A DNA stretch of 64,000 bases. It comes from Eledone cirrhosa (taxonomy: Eukaryota). Location: assembly GCA_964016885.1 (NCBI GenBank), contig OZ024763.1, positions 26,040,001-26,104,000 on the forward strand. The letters run 5' to 3'. A program made the position numbers and the translations under genes. The stretch's first letter is position 1. Every line of letters starts with the position of its first letter. Below, piece by piece: positions 38,409 through 51,400 of this stretch. Under the pieces are notes generated by a model. It saw only the letters and a list, made by a program, of their open reading frames with translations, made no database searches and was not told the origin of the DNA.

Positions 38409-38751
38409 CATATATACATATATATATGTATACATATATACATATATATATATATACATATTATATATTATACATATTATATACCTATATATATATATAC
38501 ATATATATATATATACCTATATATATATATATACCTATATATATATATATATACCTATATATATATATACATATTATATATATATACATATATATATATA
38601 TACATATATATATACATATATATATATATACATATATATACATATATATATATATACATATATATACATATATATATATACATATAGATATATACATATA
38701 TATATACATATATACATATACATATATACATATATATACATATATACATAT

Positions 38752-38820
<69 letters not shown>

Positions 38821-38821
38821 C

Positions 38822-38868
<47 letters not shown>

Positions 38869-38931
38869 TGATATATATATACATATATATATGATATAAT
38901 ATACATATATATATATATGATATATATATAC

Positions 38932-38977
<46 letters not shown>

Positions 38978-39001
38978 GATATATATATACATATATATAT
39001 G

Positions 39002-39051
<50 letters not shown>

Positions 39052-39362
39052 GATATATATATACATATATATATATCATATATATATATATGATATATAT
39101 ATACATATATATATATATGATATATATATACATATATATATACATATATATATATGATATATATATACATATATATATATGATATATATATACATATATA
39201 TATGATATATATATATACATATATATATAATGATATATATATATACATATATATATATGATATATATATATACATATATATATATATCTACATATACATA
39301 CATATATATATATATGTACATATATATAATATACATATATATACATATACATATATACATAT

Positions 39363-39395
<33 letters not shown>

Positions 39396-39410
39396 TATAT
39401 ACATATATAC

Positions 39411-39442
<32 letters not shown>

Positions 39443-41071
39443 GATATATATATACATATATATATGATATATATATACATATATATATACACATATATAT
39501 ATATGATATATTTATACATATATATATATATGATATATATATACATATATATATATGATATATATATACATATATATATATATGATATATATATACATAT
39601 ATATATATGATATATATATACATATATATATATGATATATATATATACATATATATATATGATATATATATATACATATATATATATATGATATATATAT
39701 ATACATATATATATATGATATATATATATACATATATATATATGATATATATATACATATATATATATGATATATATACATAATATATATATGATATATA
39801 TATACATATATATATGATATATATATACATATATATATATGATATATATATACATATATATATATGATATATATATACATATATATATATGATATATATA
39901 TACATATATATATATGATATATATATACATATATAATATGATATATATATACATATATATATATGATATATATATACATATATATATATGATAATATATA
40001 TATACATATATATATATGATATATATATACATATATATATACGATATATATATACATATATGTATATGATATATATATATATATATATGATATATATATA
40101 TATACATATATATATGATATATATATACATATATATATATGATATATATATACATATATATATATGATATATATATACATATATATATATGATTATATAT
40201 ATACATATATATATGATATATATATATACATATATATATATGATATATATATACATATATATATGATATATATATACATATATATATATGATATATATAT
40301 ATACATATATATATATGATATATATTATACATATATATATGATATATACATATATATATATAGTATATATATACATATATGATATATATATATACATATA
40401 TATATATGAAATATATATATATATGATATATATATACATATATATATGATATATACATATATATATATGATATATATATACATATATGATATATATATAC
40501 ATATATATATATGATATATATATATATATGATATATATATATATATGATATATATATATATATATATATGATATATATATATATATATATGATATATATA
40601 TACATATATATATATGATATATATATACATATATAATAAGATATATATATACATATATATATATGATATATATATACATATATATATATATGATATATAT
40701 ATGATATATACATATATATATATGATATATATATACATAATATATATATATATACATATATATATTATGATATATATATACATATATATATATGATATAT
40801 ATATACATATATATATATGATATATATATACATATATATATATGATATATATATACATATATATATATGATATATATATACATATATATATATGATATAT
40901 ATATACATATATATATGATATATATATACATATATATATAAATGATATATATATACATATATATATGATATATATATACATATATATATATGATATATAT
41001 ATACATATATATATACGATATATATACATATATATTACGATATATATATACATATATATATATACATATAC

Positions 41072-41160
<89 letters not shown>

Positions 41161-41259
41161 CATATATATACATATATATATACATATATATATATACATA
41201 TATATATATATACATATATACATATATATATATACATATATATATATATACATATATAC

Positions 41260-41290
<31 letters not shown>

Positions 41291-41372
41291 CATATATACA
41301 TATATATATATATACATATATATATATATTACATATATACATATATACATATATATATGTATACATATATAC

Positions 41373-41403
<31 letters not shown>

Positions 41404-41633
41404 CATATATATATACCTATATATTATATACATATATATATATATACCTATATATATATATACATATATATTTATATACATATATATATATATACATATA
41501 TATATACATATATATATATATACATATATATACATATATATATATACATATATATACATATATATATATACATATAGATATATACATATATATATACATA
41601 TATACATATACATATATACATATATATACATAT

Positions 41634-41710
<77 letters not shown>

Positions 41711-41711
41711 C

Positions 41712-41748
<37 letters not shown>

Positions 41749-41853
41749 TGATATATATATACATATATATATGATATATATTATACATATATATATATGA
41801 TATATATATACATATATATATATATGATATATAATACATATATATATATCATA

Positions 41854-41884
<31 letters not shown>

Positions 41885-42516
41885 GATATATATATACATA
41901 TATATATATGATATAATATACATATATATATATGATATATATACATATATATATATATGATATATATATACATATATATATATCATATATATATATATGA
42001 TATATATATACATATATATATATATGATATATATATACATATATATATACATATATATATATGATATATATATACATATATATATATGATATATATATAC
42101 ATATATATTATGATATATATATACATATATATATATGATATATATATATACATATATATATGATATATATATATACATATATATATATGATATATATACA
42201 TATATATATACATATATATATATATCTACATATACATCATATATATATGTACATATATATATATATATATACATATTATACATATACATATATACATATA
42301 TACATATATACATATATATATATATACATATACATATAATATATATACATATACTATATACATATATACACATATACATATATACATATATATATATATA
42401 CATATACATATATATACATATACATATATACATATATACATATATATATATATACATATATACATATATATACATATATACATATATACATATAATACAT
42501 ATATATATATATATAT

Positions 42517-42561
<45 letters not shown>

Positions 42562-42578
42562 TACATATATATATATAT

Positions 42579-42611
<33 letters not shown>

Positions 42612-42995
42612 TATATACATATATATATACATTATATATATATATACATATATACATATATATACATATATATATAATACATATATATATATATATACAT
42701 ATATACATATATATACATATATACAATATATAAATATACATATATATATATACATATATATACATATATACATATATATATATATAAAAACAAATAACGA
42801 AACGAAATTAAATTTCGTTTCGTTTTTTAACTTAATTGTTATATATATATACATATATATACATATATATATATATACATACATATATATATTATACATA
42901 CATATATATATACATACATATATATATATATATACATATATATATACATACATATATATACATATACATATATATATATATACATATATATATAA

Positions 42996-43070
<75 letters not shown>

Positions 43071-43085
43071 TACATATATATATAT

Positions 43086-43148
<63 letters not shown>

Positions 43149-43232
43149 CATACATATATATATATACATATATACATATATATATATATACTATACATAT
43201 ATATATATATACATATATATAGATATTATACA

Positions 43233-43314
<82 letters not shown>

Positions 43315-43327
43315 CATATATATATAC

Positions 43328-43362
<35 letters not shown>

Positions 43363-43367
43363 CATAT
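35539..43367. repeat. Compound (TA)n satellite, ~7.8 kb (units like ATATATATGATATATATATAC and ATATAC)
   Basis: Almost entirely TA with periodic G or C. All ORFs here are Y/I artefacts. Confidence 0.99.
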
Positions 43368-43485
43368 AGAAAGATTTGAATGGATACAGTTTAGTTGAAA
43401 GGAATTTATTGACACGTGTTTCTGTAACAGTTACATAACCTAAAACAGCTATCTACAAACTTTTAGTTATGCAGACATTCAATAT

Positions 43486-43685
43486 NNNNNNNNNNNNNNN
43501 NNNNNNNNNNNNNNNNNNNNNNNNNNNNNNNNNNNNNNNNNNNNNNNNNNNNNNNNNNNNNNNNNNNNNNNNNNNNNNNNNNNNNNNNNNNNNNNNNNNN
43601 NNNNNNNNNNNNNNNNNNNNNNNNNNNNNNNNNNNNNNNNNNNNNNNNNNNNNNNNNNNNNNNNNNNNNNNNNNNNNNNNNNNNN
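43486..43685. other. Assembly gap (200 N)
   Basis: Run of N. Sequence on the two sides may not be truly adjacent. Confidence 1.
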
Positions 43686-45397
43686 GCAACAACGGTCCTG
43701 GTTCGTTCGTACCGTCCATTCGTTTGGCAGGGGCTCGTGTTGACGGAGAAGGGAGCTTTTGTGCGCCAACTGCTACCATAGCTTTACCCTTACGGTCTTT
43801 ACAACCAGCAGATAAGAGATTTAAGCAATGCAGGGATATCTCTTCAACAGAGTGGTAACGGACAATTTTTAGCATATTTTCCACCAGAACAACACTATTT
43901 GATACAAGGTTCTACTCCTCAGACAACAGCTAATGCAGGCAAGAACCATTCCGTTAAAGATACCACAACAACAAGCAAACACCCAGCTGCATTCCGCCAA
44001 ATTTCACCTTGACTCCCGTTCACAAGATCGGAAGCCCCAAGACTCAGTCTTCGTTACCTACCAGTAGTGTGGCTACAATTAGTAACAGTAACGTAGTCTA
44101 CGCTACAGTTAGTCAATGTCTGCCAAGATCCACCAATCAAGGGACTTCTACCACCGATAGACAGACCAACAATAACTTAAGCAAGAACCAGAGCTACTGT
44201 GGCACTACACATTCAGGTAACAATAACCGCCGTCATTCAAATGGAACTGAGTTACCGGAGGTTGTTGTACCAAACAAACAGAAACCTGTTCAGGCCAGCT
44301 GTAGCACATTTGCTAGAAATGATAGCAACTTGGCTCAAGGGGAACAGAAAGATTGCATCAGTACACCACTTACTGAGACAAATAAATCAAACACTGATTA
44401 TTCAGTCGCCCCTCCTCTTAGTTTCCCCACTTCTACACAGTCCTGTTATGGAGGAAATGTGGAGCCGGTCCAATTCTGTGGTCCGAGTGACCACAACAAA
44501 CTTTCTGACTCTTCTAACTGCTACCAAAGCAATTTCAAAGGGGGTTATCCTACGGCTAACCCGTTGCCCTATTTTTATGTCGAACGGAAGAGAACACCTG
44601 TGGTCAGCGCCCCTCCCACTCTGGAGGACTTTCTCGATGATATTTCTGGACCGACACAAAATTATCAAAACTACATTCCAGAAAGTTACAGCTTAAATCT
44701 TCCTCGGCAAGATACCACCCCCATTACTAGTACTACTACCACTACTACTACCTCTTCTACTGCTATTACTAATACCAAACCGACATTGTTAGATGACTCG
44801 GTGTCTGAGCGTGGTCAGAGTTCACTGGCTCAACCTGTGGAGGCAACGTTAGGGAATAATTCTGCCAAAGAAAGCAACTCGAGTCAAATATGTGACATTA
44901 GTGAGGAAGATATGAAAACCATTGAGGAAATTTTACAAATGGACGGCGCTAATGACACAGATAACGAAAACCAAGCTGGACATGAAGTGGGGGACGAGGC
45001 AAACATGTCTAATTTAATGATACCTAGAAGAAAACGGAATATGTTTAGCCAATGTGATGGCGAGGACGATGGTTCGAATTCTTCGTCTGGCAGCAAAGAT
45101 GAAAATAGCAGCGTTGAAAGTGACGGTAACAGCAGCAACAGAAGCAGTGTTATAAGTGATAAGATTGAAGATGATATTGTCGACATTGAGGTGGAGTCTG
45201 ATCCGTTAAACAGTGCAGACGATGACAGCGACGCCGACATCTGCGCCATGTTTGAAGCCGATAACATTATCGTCTGCCAGTTTGTAAAAGTGTCTCGTAT
45301 AAAGAACAAATGGAAATTTCAATTTAAAGACGGCATTGTCAATCTTCATGGCCGAGATCTGTTGTTCTCGAAGGCTGTCGGAGATGCTGAATGGTAA
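43686..45397 (+). CDS. GTF2A1-like: Transcription initiation factor IIA large subunit (alpha/beta)-like, divergent paralogue; 5'-partial, continuous ORF ~43958-45397
   Basis: C-terminus DPLNSADDDSD..FEADNIIVCQFVKVSRIKNKWKFQFKDGIVNLHGRDLLFSKAVGDAEW* matches TFIIA beta (human EPLNSEDDVSD..FDTENVVVCQYDKIHRSKNKWKFHLKDGIMNLNGRDYIFSKAIGDAEW). Taspase-type site LQMDG at 44936-44947. The N-terminal helical domain is not visible and presumably lies in or beyond the gap. Confidence 0.9.
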
Positions 45398-45675
45398 CAG
45401 CAGCCCGCTAACCCCATCGATTAATCTGATTGAAGTCTTACAACATTTATTGATGAATCTATAGTAACTGTTGTTTAGCCCTAGGTCAGACGAGACCAAG
45501 CTGATCTATAATGAAAGACATTCTAACCGGGAATATCCCATCTTTTTGTTCACGCACAGCATATCTAGTCCTACATTGTCAAAAACAGGATATGAAGGTG
45601 ATATAACTGTTATTTCTAACCTTTTGAGAGACCACGTATAGGTCTTACGCTAGTTGGTCTCTCTACTATATTGTA

Positions 45676-45895
45676 TTTCCCCTGTGATGGTAGACAATAT
45701 TTCAGTTGGTGTACCCCGTCTTTGCAGAATGGCCTTAAGTTATGTTAACACTTTCTCCTGTGATGGTACACAATCTTTCAGCTGGTGTACTCTATCTAGA
45801 ATGGCCTTAATTTATCTGTTAACCCTTTCTTGTGGTGGTACACCAACCTTCAGTTGGTATCTCTCCAGAATGGCCTTAAGTTATGTGTTAACCTG
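45676..45895 (+). repeat. Three tandem ~73-bp repeats
   Basis: TTTC.CCTGTGATGGTAC.CAA...TTCAG.TGGT...AGAATGGCCTTAA.TTAT..GTTAAC x3. Confidence 0.85.
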
Positions 45896-46351
45896 ATAGA
45901 AGCATGCAACAATGAATGAATTAACACTCGTGTAATGTACCATAGCCGAGTGGATAAACGGCTGGAGGGTACCACGGGAGAGAGATGAGTTCCTGAACTA
46001 TACTTTGAAACTTGACGAAATAAGTTACATCTTTCTCTCTCTCTCCTTACATTCTCTCGCTTTCTTTCTCTCTCTCTTTTTTTTTTGTTTTGTTTTTTAG
46101 TGTTATGTACTTAAAATATACTAAACCTGGTCTGCAGGACGGACTCCTAAACAATATAAAGTTGAAATATTGTTATAACTAGAGACTCTTTAGTTTGATG
46201 TTTCAATGCCTTACAACGTACATACGCGTAAAAAATGTATTTTATTTTTCTAAATTTAGAGTGAAAAGAACAAATGAAAATAAACATTTGATAAAAAATA
46301 ATTGTATCCGAGTTTGTATTTATTAATAGCTCAAACTGTATTGGCATTCTC

Positions 46352-47815
46352 ATAATGTTTCTACTTTTGGCACAAGGACAGCAATTATCCCAGTACATTA
46401 CTGGTACTTTATTTTATCGACCCCCGTAATAATGTTCTACTTTTGGCACAAGGCCACCAATTATCCCAGTACATTACTGGTACTTTATTTTATCGACCCC
46501 ATAAGGATGAATGGCAAAGTTAAGTTCGGTGGGATCTGAACTCGGACCGTAAAGGGCCGTAACTCTTTGTTGCAAAGCATGGCGTCCGACCCTCTAATGG
46601 TTTCTGATATAGGCATAAGGCCAGTAAACCTACCGCAGTGTATTACTGGTACTAGATTTTATTGGCCACGTTAGGATGAAAAGTAAAGCTAACCTCAGCG
46701 GGATTTGAACTCGGAGCTCATTCTAATAATTTTCTACTTTTTTACATTAGGCCAAGAATTACCCCAGTGTATTACTGGTACTTTATTTTATAGGCCCTGT
46801 AATAATTTGCTTTTGTTGGCACAAGGCCAGCAATTTCTCCAGTGTATTACTGGTACTTTATTTTATCGACACCGTAAGGATGAAAGGCAAAGTTAACCTC
46901 GGCGGGATTTGAACTCAGACCGTAAAGGACCATAACTCTGTGCTGCAAAGCATAGCGTCTGACGCTCTACCGAAACTGTCAATCCAACGCATTCTAATAA
47001 TTGTTTCTACTTTAAGCACTAGGACAGCAATTTGAAGAGGGGGGGGGTCGAGTAATTAAACGCCAGTGTATTACTGGTACTTTATTTTATCAACCCTGTA
47101 ATGATCAAAGACAAAGTTAACCTCTGGGATTTGAACTCAGAACGCAAAGGGGCGTAACTCTATGCTGCGAAACAGGGTTTCCGACGCTCTACCGATTCTG
47201 CCAATCCATCGCCTTTTTAGGAGGCACAAAAAGGAAAGTTTATTAAATCAACCCCACTGCATTACTGGTACTTTATTTTATCGACCACGTAAGGAATGAA
47301 AGGCAAAGCTGAACTCTATGCCTCAAAGCAATCCGACACGATGATACTAGATTCAAATTTAGACACAAGGCCAACAATTTTGGAGGAAGGGAAAGTCGAT
47401 AAAATCGACACCAGTGCATTACTGGTACTTTATTTCATCAACCTAACTCCCGTAGGGATGAAAGACAAATCTAACCTTGGGCGAGATTTGAACTCGGAAC
47501 GTAAAGGGCCATAACTATATGCCACAAAGCATGTTCAGCGCTCTTCTGTTGATATTCTAATAATTGTTTCTACTTTAGGCACAATGCCAGCAATTACCCA
47601 GTGCATTACTGGTACTTTATTCTATCGACCCCCGTAAGGATGAAAGGCAAAGTCAACCTCGGCGGGATTTGAACTCAGATCGTAAAGGGACGTAAATGTT
47701 TTATAATTTAAATACAAGGTTTCAAATTATGGCGAAGTCAACTTTGCCTTTTATCTTTCTGAGGTCGATAAAATAAAGTACCAGTTAAATACTGGAGTCG
47801 ATATAATCGACTTTC
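46352..47815 (-). mobile_element. Cluster of ~9-10 full and partial family-1 SINEs (mostly -, last fragment +)
   Basis: Repeated TTACTGGTACTTTATTTTATCGAC and GGGATTTGAACTC(A/G)G. Confidence 0.9.
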
Positions 47816-48189
47816 CCCTCCCCTACCCACACAAAATGTTACTGATCTTGTGCTCCCCTCTCTTCTGCGACACCAGAGCTCTTGCCATCTCCTCCCTTTC
47901 CCGTTCTTTTTCTTCTATCTTTCTCTCTTTTTTTTCTTTCTATATTTCCCTATCCTTTCTTTCCTTTTGTTTCCCCCTTTTTATATTTTTTCTTGCTAAA
48001 GTTTTTTATTTTGTTTTTAAATAAAAATGTCATTCTTTTCTGAATATAGAAATTATTTAATTTTCTTTTCATGTTAAAACAGAGTGGTGTGGAGAGAGAG
48101 AGAGAGAGGGGGTACTGCTTATCAGTAAGTTTATTGAGAGGTCGATGAGAAGGGACCAGCATTTGTTGAGTGAAGAACCAAGTGTGCTC

Positions 48190-48440
48190 TTGGTATACAC
48201 TTGTAGCTTAGAAGAGGGCAGCTGGGGGGAAGACGCCTACATGAGTGGTCTGAATGGATGGGTTTGCTCTGTATACACCTGTAGCTTGGAAGAGGACTGC
48301 TGGGAGAAGGTATTTGACTTAGTGGCCTGAATGAATGGACCTGCTCTGAATATATATCTATAGATTGGAGGGCAGCGGGGAGTAGGTACTTGACTTCGGG
48401 GTCTGAATGAATGGGTCTCCTCTGAATAAATACCTATAGA
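48190..48440 (+). repeat. Degenerate ~75-80 bp tandem repeat (3-4 copies)
   Basis: TATACAC.TGTAGCTT.GAAGAGG.C.GCTGGG..GAAG...CTGAAT.AATGG recurs. Confidence 0.65.
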
Positions 48441-48469
48441 TTGGAAAAGATACGAGGTAAGTAACTAGT

Positions 48470-51400
48470 TGTTGTCCTTGAACAAGACACTTTATTACAC
48501 GTTGCTCCATCCACTGTATCCTTGAACAAGACATTTTATTCCACGTTGCTCCAGTCCACTGTATCCTTGAGCAAGACACTTTATTCCACGTTGCTCCAGT
48601 CCACTGTATCCTTGAACAAGACACTTTATTACACTTTGCTCCAGTCCACTGTATCCTTGAACAAGACACTTTATTACACGTTGCTCCAGTCCACTGTATC
48701 CTTGAACAAGACATTTATTACACGTTGCTCCAGTCCACTGTATCCTTGAACAAGACACTTTATTACACGTTGCTCCAGTCCACTGTATCCTTGAACAAGA
48801 CACTTTATTTCACGTTGATCCAGTCCACTGTATCCTTGAACAAGACACTTTATTTCACGTTACTCCAGTCCACTGTATCCTTGAACAAGACATTTTATTA
48901 CACGTTGCTCCAGTCCACTGTATCCTTGAACAAGACATTTTATTACACGTTGCTCCATCCACTGTATCCTTGAACAAGACATTTTATTACACGTTGCTCC
49001 AGTCCACTGTATCCTTGAACAAGACACTTTATTTCACGTTACTCCAGTCCACTGTATCCTTGAACAAGACACTTTATTTCACGTTACTCCAGTCCACTGT
49101 ATCCTTGAACAAGACACTTTATTTCACGTTACTCCAGTCCACTGTATCCTTGAACAAGACACTTTATTTCACGTTGCTCCAGTCCACTTTATCCTTGAAC
49201 GAGACACTTTATTTCAAGTTGCTCCAGTCCACTGTATCCTTGAGCAAGACACTTTATTTCACGTTGATCCAGTCCACTGTATCCTTGAACAAGACACTTT
49301 ATTTCACGTTACTCCAGTCCACTGTATCCTTGAACAAGACACTTTATTACACGTTGCTCCAGTCCACTGTATCCTTGAACAAGACATTTATTACACGTTG
49401 CTCCAGTCCACTGTATCCTTGAACAAGACATTTATTACACGTTGCTCCAGTCCACTTTATCCTTGAACAAGACATTTTATTACACGTTGCTCCAGTCCAC
49501 TGTATCCTTGAACAAGACACTTTATTACACGTTGCTCCAGTCCACTGTATCCTTGAACAAGACACTTTATTACACGTTGCTCCAGTCCACTGTATCCTTG
49601 AACAAGACACTTTATTACACGTTGCTCCAGTCCACTGTATCCTTGAGCAAGACACTTTATTTCACGTTACTCCAGTCCACTGTATCCTTGAGCAAGACAC
49701 TTTATTACACGTTGCTCCAGTCCACTTTATCCTTGAACAAGACACTTTATTACACGTTGCTCCAGTCCACTGTATCCTTGAACAAGACACTTTATTACAC
49801 GTTGCTCCAGTCCACTGTATCCTTGAACAAGACACTTTATTACACGTTGCTCCAGTCCACTGTATCCTTGAACAAGACACTTTATTTCACGTTGCTCCAG
49901 TCCACTGTATCCTTGAACAAGACACTTTATTTCACGTTACTCCAGTCCACTGTATCCTTGAACCTAGACACTTTATTTCACGTTGTTCCAGTCCACTGTA
50001 TCCTTGAACAAGACACTTTATTTCACGTTGCACCAGTCCACTGTATCCTTGAACAAGACACTTTATTTCACGTTGCTCCATCCACTGTATCCTTGAACAA
50101 GACACTTTATTACACGTTGCTCCATCCACTGTATCCTTGAACAAGACATTTATTACACGTTGCTCCAGTCCACTGTATCCTTGAACAAGACACTTTATTA
50201 CACGTTGCTCCAGTCCACTGTATCCTTGAACAAGACATTTTATTACACGTTGCTCCAGTCCACTGTATCCTTGAACAAGACACTTTATTACACGTTGCTC
50301 CAGTCCACTGTATCCTTGAACAAGACACTTTATTACACGTTGCTCCAGTCCACTGTATCCTTGAACAAGACATTTATTACACGTTGCTCCAGTCCACTGT
50401 ATCCTTGAACAAGACACATTATTACACGTTGCTCCAGTCCACTGTATCCTTGAACAAGACACTTTATTTCACGTTGATCCAGTCCACTGTATCCTTGAAC
50501 AAGACACTTTATTTCACGTTGATCCAGTCCACTGTATCCTTGAACAAGACACTTTATTTCACGTTACTCCAGTCCACTGTATCCTTGAACAAGACACTTT
50601 ATTACACGTTGCTCCAGTCCACTGTATCCTTGAACAAGACACTTTATTACACGTTGCTCCAGTCCACTGCATCCTTGAACAAGACACTTTATTTCACGTT
50701 GCTCCAGTCCACTGTATCCTTGAGCAAGACACTTTATTTCACGTTGATCCAGTCCACTGTATCCTTGAACAAGACACTTTATTTCACGTTACTCCAGTCC
50801 ACTGTATCCTTGAACAAGACACTTTATTACACGTTGCTCCAGTCCACTGTATCCTTGAACAAGACATTTATTACACGTTGCTCCAGTCCACTGTATCCTT
50901 GAACAAGACATTTATTACACGTTGCTCCAGTCCACTTTATCCTTGAACAAGACATTTTATTACACGTTGCTCCAGTCCACTGTATCCTTGAACAAGACAC
51001 TTTATTACACGTTGCTCCAGTCCACTGTATCCTTGAACAAGACACTTTATTACACGTTGCTCCAGTCCACTGTATCCTTGAACAAGACATTTATTACACG
51101 TTGCTCCAGTCCACTGTATCCTTGAACAAGACACTTTATTACACGTTGCTCCAGTCCACTGTATCCTTGAACAAGACACTTTATTACACGTTGCTCCAGT
51201 CCACTGTATCCTTGAGCAAGACACTTTATTTCACGTTACTCCAGTCCACTGTATCCTTGAGCAAGACACTTTATTACACGTTGCTCCAGTCCACTTTATC
51301 CTTGAACAAGACACTTTATTACACGTTGCTCCAGTCCACTGTATCCTTGAGCAAGACACTTTATTACACGTTGCTCCAGTCCACTTTATCCTTGAACAAG

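Noticed and set aside
35567-43415. Dozens of Y/I/M/H-rich ORFs
   Set aside because: Translations of the (TA)n satellite.
33000-45397. Functional link between the TATA-bearing ncRNA array and the TFIIA-like gene
   Set aside because: They are separated by a satellite and an assembly gap. Adjacency is uncertain and no sequence evidence links them.
44199-45499. Alternative-frame and antisense ORFs over the TFIIA-like gene
   Set aside because: Shadow ORFs of the real coding frame.
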